The notes beneath the pieces are model-generated. The model did not search any database and had not been told where the DNA came from. It saw only the letters and a program-made list of their open reading frames with translations. Source: Escherichia coli (GTDB taxonomy: Bacteria; Pseudomonadota; Gammaproteobacteria; Enterobacterales; Enterobacteriaceae). Taken from it: DNA of 64,000 nt. The stretch lies in NCBI RefSeq assembly GCF_003334355.1, contig NZ_QOWP01000020.1; one strand, written 5' to 3'. Below are positions 59,033-64,000 of this stretch, piece by piece; the first letter of the stretch is position 1; each line of letters begins with the position of its first letter. The translations under genes were made by a program, and so were the position numbers.

Positions 59033-59479
59033 GTGATAGATAAAATTAAATCAAATGCGCGTGATTTAAGACGCAATCTCACTTTGCAGGAACGAAAGCT
59101 CTGGCGATATCTTCGCAGCCGACGTTTTAGTGATTTCAAATTTCGCCGTCAACATCCAGTGGGGAGCTACATTCTCGATTTTGCTTGCTGCTCGGCGCGT
59201 GTAGTCGTTGAGCTGGATGGTGGGCAGCATGATTTAGCAGTTGCCTATGATTCCAGGCGCACTAGCTGGCTTGAGTCGCAGGGCTGGACCGTGCTGCGTT
59301 TCTGGAATAACGAGATTGATTGTAATGAGGAGACGGTGCTGGAGAATATTCGGCAAGGTCTGAACCGTCCCAGCCATCGCCATGAAAGGGTTAGGGGCTG
59401 TATGAGCCTGTTTGTTGCTGGGGTAACAATATTTGCACAATACGGTCCCCTCGCCCCTCTGGGGAGAGGGTTAGGGTGA
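59033..59479 (+). CDS. ycjD: DUF559 endonuclease-like domain protein (YcjD-like)
   Basis: ORF with a Vsr/DUF559-like core (...VVELDGGQHD...). The 148-aa reading frame continues into the GC-rich repeat at 59440-59500, so the C-terminus is probably extended relative to K-12 YcjD (about 117 aa by my recollection). Confidence 0.7.
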   Translation: MIDKIKSNARDLRRNLTLQERKLWRYLRSRRFSDFKFRRQHPVGSYILDFACCSARVVVELDGGQHDLAVAYDSRRTSWLESQGWTVLRFWNNEIDCNEETVLENIRQGLNRPSHRHERVRGCMSLFVAGVTIFAQYGPLAPLGRGLG

Positions 59480-59512
59480 GGGGAAAAGCGCCCCCCCCTG
59501 CCGCAGCCTGCT
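59441..59512. repeat. GC-rich repetitive element (boxC-like) upstream of fabI
   Basis: ggtcccctcgcccctctggggagagggttagggtgaggggaaaagcgcccccccctgccg is an imperfect palindrome of the kind described as boxC in the envM/fabI region. Confidence 0.5.
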
Positions 59513-59648
59513 CCGGTCGGACCTGGCAACTATAGCTACTCACAGCCAGGTTGATTATAATAACCGTTTATCTGTTCGTACTGTTTACTAAAACGACGAA
59601 TCGCCTGATTTTCAGGCACAACAAGCATCAACAATAAGGATTAAAGCT

Positions 59649-60437
59649 ATGGGTTTTCTTTCCGGTAAGCGCATTCTGGTAACCGGTGTTGCCAGCAAAC
59701 TATCCATCGCCTACGGTATCGCTCAGGCGATGCACCGCGAAGGAGCTGAACTGGCATTCACCTACCAGAACGACAAACTGAAAGGCCGCGTAGAAGAATT
59801 TGCCGCTCAATTGGGTTCTGACATCGTTCTGCAGTGCGATGTTGCAGAAGATGCCAGCATCGACACCATGTTCGCTGAACTGGGGAAAGTTTGGCCGAAA
59901 TTTGACGGTTTCGTACACTCTATTGGTTTTGCACCTGGCGATCAGCTGGATGGTGATTATGTTAACGCCGTTACCCGTGAAGGCTTCAAAATTGCCCACG
60001 ACATCAGCTCCTACAGCTTCGTTGCAATGGCAAAAGCTTGCCGCTCCATGCTGAATCCGGGTTCTGCCCTGCTGACCCTTTCCTACCTTGGCGCTGAGCG
60101 CGCTATCCCGAACTACAACGTTATGGGTCTGGCAAAAGCGTCTCTGGAAGCGAACGTGCGCTATATGGCGAACGCGATGGGTCCGGAAGGTGTGCGTGTT
60201 AACGCCATCTCTGCTGGTCCGATCCGTACTCTGGCGGCTTCCGGTATCAAAGACTTCCGCAAAATGCTGGCTCATTGCGAAGCCGTTACCCCGATTCGCC
60301 GTACCGTTACTATTGAAGATGTGGGTAACTCTGCGGCATTCCTGTGCTCCGATCTCTCTGCCGGTATCTCCGGTGAAGTAGTCCACGTTGACGGCGGTTT
60401 CAGCATCGCTGCAATGAACGAACTCGAACTGAAATAA
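59649..60437 (+). CDS. fabI: enoyl-ACP reductase FabI
   Basis: 262-aa ORF; matches E. coli FabI. Confidence 0.97.
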
Positions 60438-60456
60438 TCGTTCTGTTAGTAAAGAT

Positions 60457-60483
60457 GGGCGGCGTTCTGCCGCCCGTTATCTC
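60457..60483 (+). terminator. intrinsic terminator after fabI
   Basis: Hairpin gggcggcgttctgccgccc followed by a T-rich stretch. Confidence 0.7.
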
Positions 60484-60580
60484 TGTTATACCTTTCTGAT
60501 ATTTGTTATCGCCGATCCGTCTTTCTCCCCTTCCCGCCTTGCGTCAGGATAACGATTTCCTTTACGACCAAGGAGCGCCC

Positions 60581-61708
60581 ATGGAACAACGCCACATCAC
60601 CGGCAAAAGCCACTGGTATCATGAAACGCAATCCAGTACTGCGGAGTATGACGTTCTGCCTCTGGTCCCGGAAGCCGCAAAGGTCAGCGATCCCTTTCTG
60701 CTCGACGTGATCCTTGATGAAGAAACGCTGGCTCCCTTCCTTTCATGGCTGGTCCCTGCGCGCGTTCTTGCAGTGGAATTGTTCCCTGACCAGCTTACCG
60801 TGACCCGTTCACAGACCTTCACCGCTTATGAACGCTTGTCTACGGCCCTGACGGTTGCTCAGGTTTGCGGCGTCCAGCGGTTATGTAACTACTATTCGGC
60901 GCGACTTACGCCGCTCCCCGGGCCTGATTCCTCCAGGGAAAGCAATCATAGGTTGGCACAAATCACGCAATATGCCCGCCAACTGGCTAGCTCGCCTTCT
61001 ATTATCGACAACCGATCGCGCCAGCATCTGAATGACGTCGGTCTTACTGCCTGGGACTGTGTGATCATTAACCAAATCATTGGTTTTATTGGCTTTCAGG
61101 CGCGGACCATTGCGACATTTCAGGCTTATCTCGGGCACCCGGTACGCTGGTTACCCGGTCTGGAAATACAAAACTACGCCGACGCGTCACTGTTTGCTGA
61201 TGAATCAATACGCTGGCGAAGCAGCTATGAGGTGGAAAAACTACCTGAAGAGTACACAAAAAGTTCAACTGCAGAACTTTGCCAACTGGCCGAAACACTC
61301 TCTCTCCACCCTATTTCACTTTCCCTTCTCGAAAGGTTGTTAAACAGTACACGGGTTAATACACAGCCGGATAATAAGCTTGCGGCGTTGTTATGCGCGC
61401 GGATAAATGGCAGTCCTGCTTGTTTTGCCGCCTGTATGGATTCATCAAATGAATATAAAAAAATCAGCGCTCTTGTGCGCAAGGGCGAAAATGAAATTAA
61501 CCAATGGGCTGACCGTCATTCTGTTGAGCACGCTACCGTTCAGGCGATACAATGGCTGACCCGAGCACCCGATCGCTTTAGCGCCGCCCAGTTCAGCCCT
61601 TTACTCGAACACGAAAAATCATCAACGCAGATTATTAATCTGCTGGTATGGAGCGGGCTGTGTGGCTGGATAAATCGCTTAAAAATCGCGTTGGGTGAGA
61701 CATATTAA
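60581..61708 (+). CDS. yciW: YciW (AhpD/CMD-like oxidoreductase family)
   Basis: ORF 60503..61708; likely start at 60581 (MEQRHITGK...) after aggagcg RBS; 375 aa. Confidence 0.88.
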   Translation: MEQRHITGKSHWYHETQSSTAEYDVLPLVPEAAKVSDPFLLDVILDEETLAPFLSWLVPARVLAVELFPDQLTVTRSQTFTAYERLSTALTVAQVCGVQRLCNYYSARLTPLPGPDSSRESNHRLAQITQYARQLASSPSIIDNRSRQHLNDVGLTAWDCVIINQIIGFIGFQARTIATFQAYLGHPVRWLPGLEIQNYADASLFADESIRWRSSYEVEKLPEEYTKSSTAELCQLAETLSLHPISLSLLERLLNSTRVNTQPDNKLAALLCARINGSPACFAACMDSSNEYKKISALVRKGENEINQWADRHSVEHATVQAIQWLTRAPDRFSAAQFSPLLEHEKSSTQIINLLVWSGLCGWINRLKIALGETY

Positions 61709-61775
61709 CCTTGCCGCGTCAGACAGATTCGCGTAAAACTGTCAGCCGCTCTAATGGCCACCAAAATAGACAATT

Positions 61776-63710
61776 ATGTTTCAGGACAACCCGCTGCTAG
61801 CGCAGCTTAAACAGCAACTGCATTCCCAGACGCCACGCGCTGAAGGGGTGGTAAAAGCCACAGAAAAAGGCTTTGGCTTCCTGGAAGTCGACGCGCAAAA
61901 AAGTTATTTCATTCCGCCGCCGCAGATGAAAAAAGTCATGCATGGCGACCGAATTATCGCGGTGATCCACAGTGAAAAAGAACGTGAATCCGCAGAGCCA
62001 GAAGAACTGGTTGAACCGTTCCTGACTCGTTTCGTGGGTAAGGTTCAGGGCAAAAATGACCGTCTGGCCATCGTTCCTGATCATCCACTCTTAAAAGACG
62101 CCATTCCTTGCCGCGCAGCCCGTGGCCTGAACCACGAGTTTAAAGAAGGCGACTGGGCGGTTGCCGAAATGCGCCGTCATCCGCTGAAAGGCGATCGTTC
62201 TTTCTATGCAGAACTGACACAATACATCACTTTTGGTGACGATCACTTTGTACCGTGGTGGGTTACCCTTGCACGCCATAATCTGGAAAAAGAAGCACCA
62301 GACGGCGTCGCTACCGAAATGCTCGATGAAGGTCTGGTTCGTGAAGATCTGACCGCGCTGGATTTTGTCACCATCGACAGTGCCAGCACAGAAGATATGG
62401 ATGACGCCCTTTTCGCTAAGGCGTTGCCGGATGACAAACTTCAGCTGATTGTGGCGATTGCCGATCCAACCGCGTGGATTGCTGAAGGCAGCAAGCTGGA
62501 CAAAGCCGCGAAAATTCGCGCATTCACCAACTATCTGCCTGGCTTCAACATCCCTATGCTGCCTCGCGAGCTTTCTGACGATCTCTGCTCACTGCGCGCC
62601 AATGAAGTCCGCCCGGTACTGGCATGCCGCATGACGCTCTCCGCTGATGGCACCATTGAAGATAATATCGAATTCTTTGCCGCCACCATCGAATCCAAAG
62701 CAAAGCTGGTGTATGACCAGGTTTCTGACTGGCTGGAAAATACCGGTGACTGGCAGCCTGAAAGTGAAGCAATTGCCGAACAAGTCCGTTTGCTAGCGCA
62801 AATTTGCCAACGCCGCGGCGAGTGGCGTCATAACCACGCACTGGTGTTTAAAGATCGCCCGGATTACCGCTTTATTCTCGGTGAAAAAGGTGAAGTGCTG
62901 GATATCGTCGCCGAGCCTCGTCGCATTGCCAACCGTATCGTCGAAGAAGCGATGATTGCCGCTAACATTTGTGCGGCCCGCGTACTGCGCGATAAGCTCG
63001 GTTTTGGCATCTATAACGTGCATATGGGCTTTGATCCGGCGAATGCCGACGCGCTGGCAGCGTTGCTGAAAACGCACGGTCTGCATGTCGATGCCGAAGA
63101 AGTGCTCACGCTGGACGGTTTCTGCAAACTGCGTCGTGAACTGGATGCGCAACCAACTGGTTTCCTCGACAGCCGCATTCGTCGCTTCCAGTCATTTGCT
63201 GAAATTAGCACTGAACCCGGTCCTCACTTTGGCCTCGGTCTGGAAGCATACGCCACCTGGACATCGCCGATCCGTAAATATGGCGACATGATCAACCACC
63301 GTCTGCTGAAAGCGGTTATCAAAGGCGAAACTGCGACGCGTCCACAGGATGAGATCACTGTCCAAATGGCCGAGCGTCGCCGTCTCAATCGGATGGCAGA
63401 ACGTGATGTTGGTGACTGGTTATACGCACGCTTCCTGAAAGACAAAGCCGGGACCGACACCCGTTTCGCGGCGGAAATTGTCGATATCAGCCGTGGCGGC
63501 ATGCGTGTTCGTTTGGTTGATAACGGCGCTATCGCCTTTATTCCTGCACCTTTCTTACACGCTGTGCGCGATGAAATGGTTTGCAGCCAGGAAAACGGCA
63601 CCGTACAAATTAAAGGTGAAACGGTTTATAAAGTAACTGACGTTATTGACGTCACCATTGCCGAAGTCCGCATGGAAACCCGCAGCATTATTGCGCGCCC
63701 GGTCGCGTAA
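61776..63710 (+). CDS. rnb: exoribonuclease II
   Basis: 644-aa ORF with RNB domain and C-terminal S1 domain; matches RNase II. Confidence 0.97.
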   Translation: MFQDNPLLAQLKQQLHSQTPRAEGVVKATEKGFGFLEVDAQKSYFIPPPQMKKVMHGDRIIAVIHSEKERESAEPEELVEPFLTRFVGKVQGKNDRLAIVPDHPLLKDAIPCRAARGLNHEFKEGDWAVAEMRRHPLKGDRSFYAELTQYITFGDDHFVPWWVTLARHNLEKEAPDGVATEMLDEGLVREDLTALDFVTIDSASTEDMDDALFAKALPDDKLQLIVAIADPTAWIAEGSKLDKAAKIRAFTNYLPGFNIPMLPRELSDDLCSLRANEVRPVLACRMTLSADGTIEDNIEFFAATIESKAKLVYDQVSDWLENTGDWQPESEAIAEQVRLLAQICQRRGEWRHNHALVFKDRPDYRFILGEKGEVLDIVAEPRRIANRIVEEAMIAANICAARVLRDKLGFGIYNVHMGFDPANADALAALLKTHGLHVDAEEVLTLDGFCKLRRELDAQPTGFLDSRIRRFQSFAEISTEPGPHFGLGLEAYATWTSPIRKYGDMINHRLLKAVIKGETATRPQDEITVQMAERRRLNRMAERDVGDWLYARFLKDKAGTDTRFAAEIVDISRGGMRVRLVDNGAIAFIPAPFLHAVRDEMVCSQENGTVQIKGETVYKVTDVIDVTIAEVRMETRSIIARPVA

Positions 63711-63720
63711 TCTCCTTTCA

Positions 63721-63752
63721 CGGCCCATTCCTTATGAATGGGCCGTTTATTT
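63721..63752 (+). terminator. intrinsic terminator after rnb
   Basis: Hairpin cggcccattccttatgaatgggccg followed by tttattt. Confidence 0.8.
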
Positions 63753-63820
63753 CCCCGCTCTACCTTCATCATATCCCGGCAGTTTTTTAACTGACTTTCG
63801 TTTGAAAACTGGCGTTTTTC

Positions 63821-64000
63821 GGTGATGCTGCCAACTTACTGATTTAGTGTATGATGGTGTTTTTGAGGTGCTCCAGTGGCTTCTGTTTCTATCAGCTGTC
63901 CCTCCTGTTCAGCTACTGACGGGGTGGTGCGTAACGGCAAAAGCACTGCCGGACATCAGCGCTATCTCTGCTCTCACTGCCGTAAAACATGGCAACTGCA
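63821..64000 (+). mobile_element. IS1 insertion sequence, left end, truncated by the window edge
   Basis: ggtgatgctgccaacttactgatttagtgtatgatggtgtttttgaggtgctccagtggcttctgtttctatcagc... matches my recollection of the IS1 left terminal inverted repeat and the beginning of insA. Confidence 0.9.
63876..64000 (+). CDS. insA: IS1 InsA (partial, 5' part only)
   Basis: GTG start then [40 protein letters not shown]..., the InsA N-terminal zinc-finger region; the ORF continues beyond the window. Confidence 0.85.
   Translation, partial: MASVSISCPSCSATDGVVRNGKSTAGHQRYLCSHCRKTWQL

Noticed and set aside
59700-60386. 228-aa minus-strand ORF antisense to fabI
   Set aside because: Fully embedded in fabI, with no independent signal; treated as a spurious antisense frame.

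Overview
This window reads as conserved enterobacterial core chromosome of Escherichia coli / Shigella type, and I found no convincing novel system in it. The calls rest on my reading of the supplied ORF translations and on recall of the E. coli K-12 map and protein sequences; no database search was run. Gene order is collinear, in inverted orientation, with the K-12 ttcA-to-rnb segment: ttcA, dbpA, zntB, dgcM, smrA, abgR-abgABT, ogt, fnr, uspE, ynaJ, ynaI, mppA, pgrR, ycjY, mpaA, ycjG, tpx, tyrR, ycjF-ycjX, ycjW, ompG, the ycjV-to-ycjM sugar locus, pspEDCBA/pspF, puuEBC, puuR, puuD, puuA, puuP, ymjA, sapABCDF, ycjD, fabI, yciW, rnb. There is no CRISPR array, no prophage or integron hallmark, and no defense-island-like gene cluster. 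The points worth a second look are strain-level: (1) puuC carries two in-frame stop codons; (2) puuA has a 1-bp deletion frameshift; (3) ycjG has an in-frame amber codon; (4) a partial IS1 begins 3' of rnb and runs off the window edge; (5) a 57-codon proline-rich ORF with a Shine-Dalgarno sequence sits just upstream of dbpA; (6) ycjV is intact and the ynaJ-ynaI spacer lacks an IS5 copy, both of which differ from my recollection of K-12 MG1655. The combination of gene-inactivating lesions and IS1 suggests a Shigella-like or otherwise decaying lineage, but that is inference.
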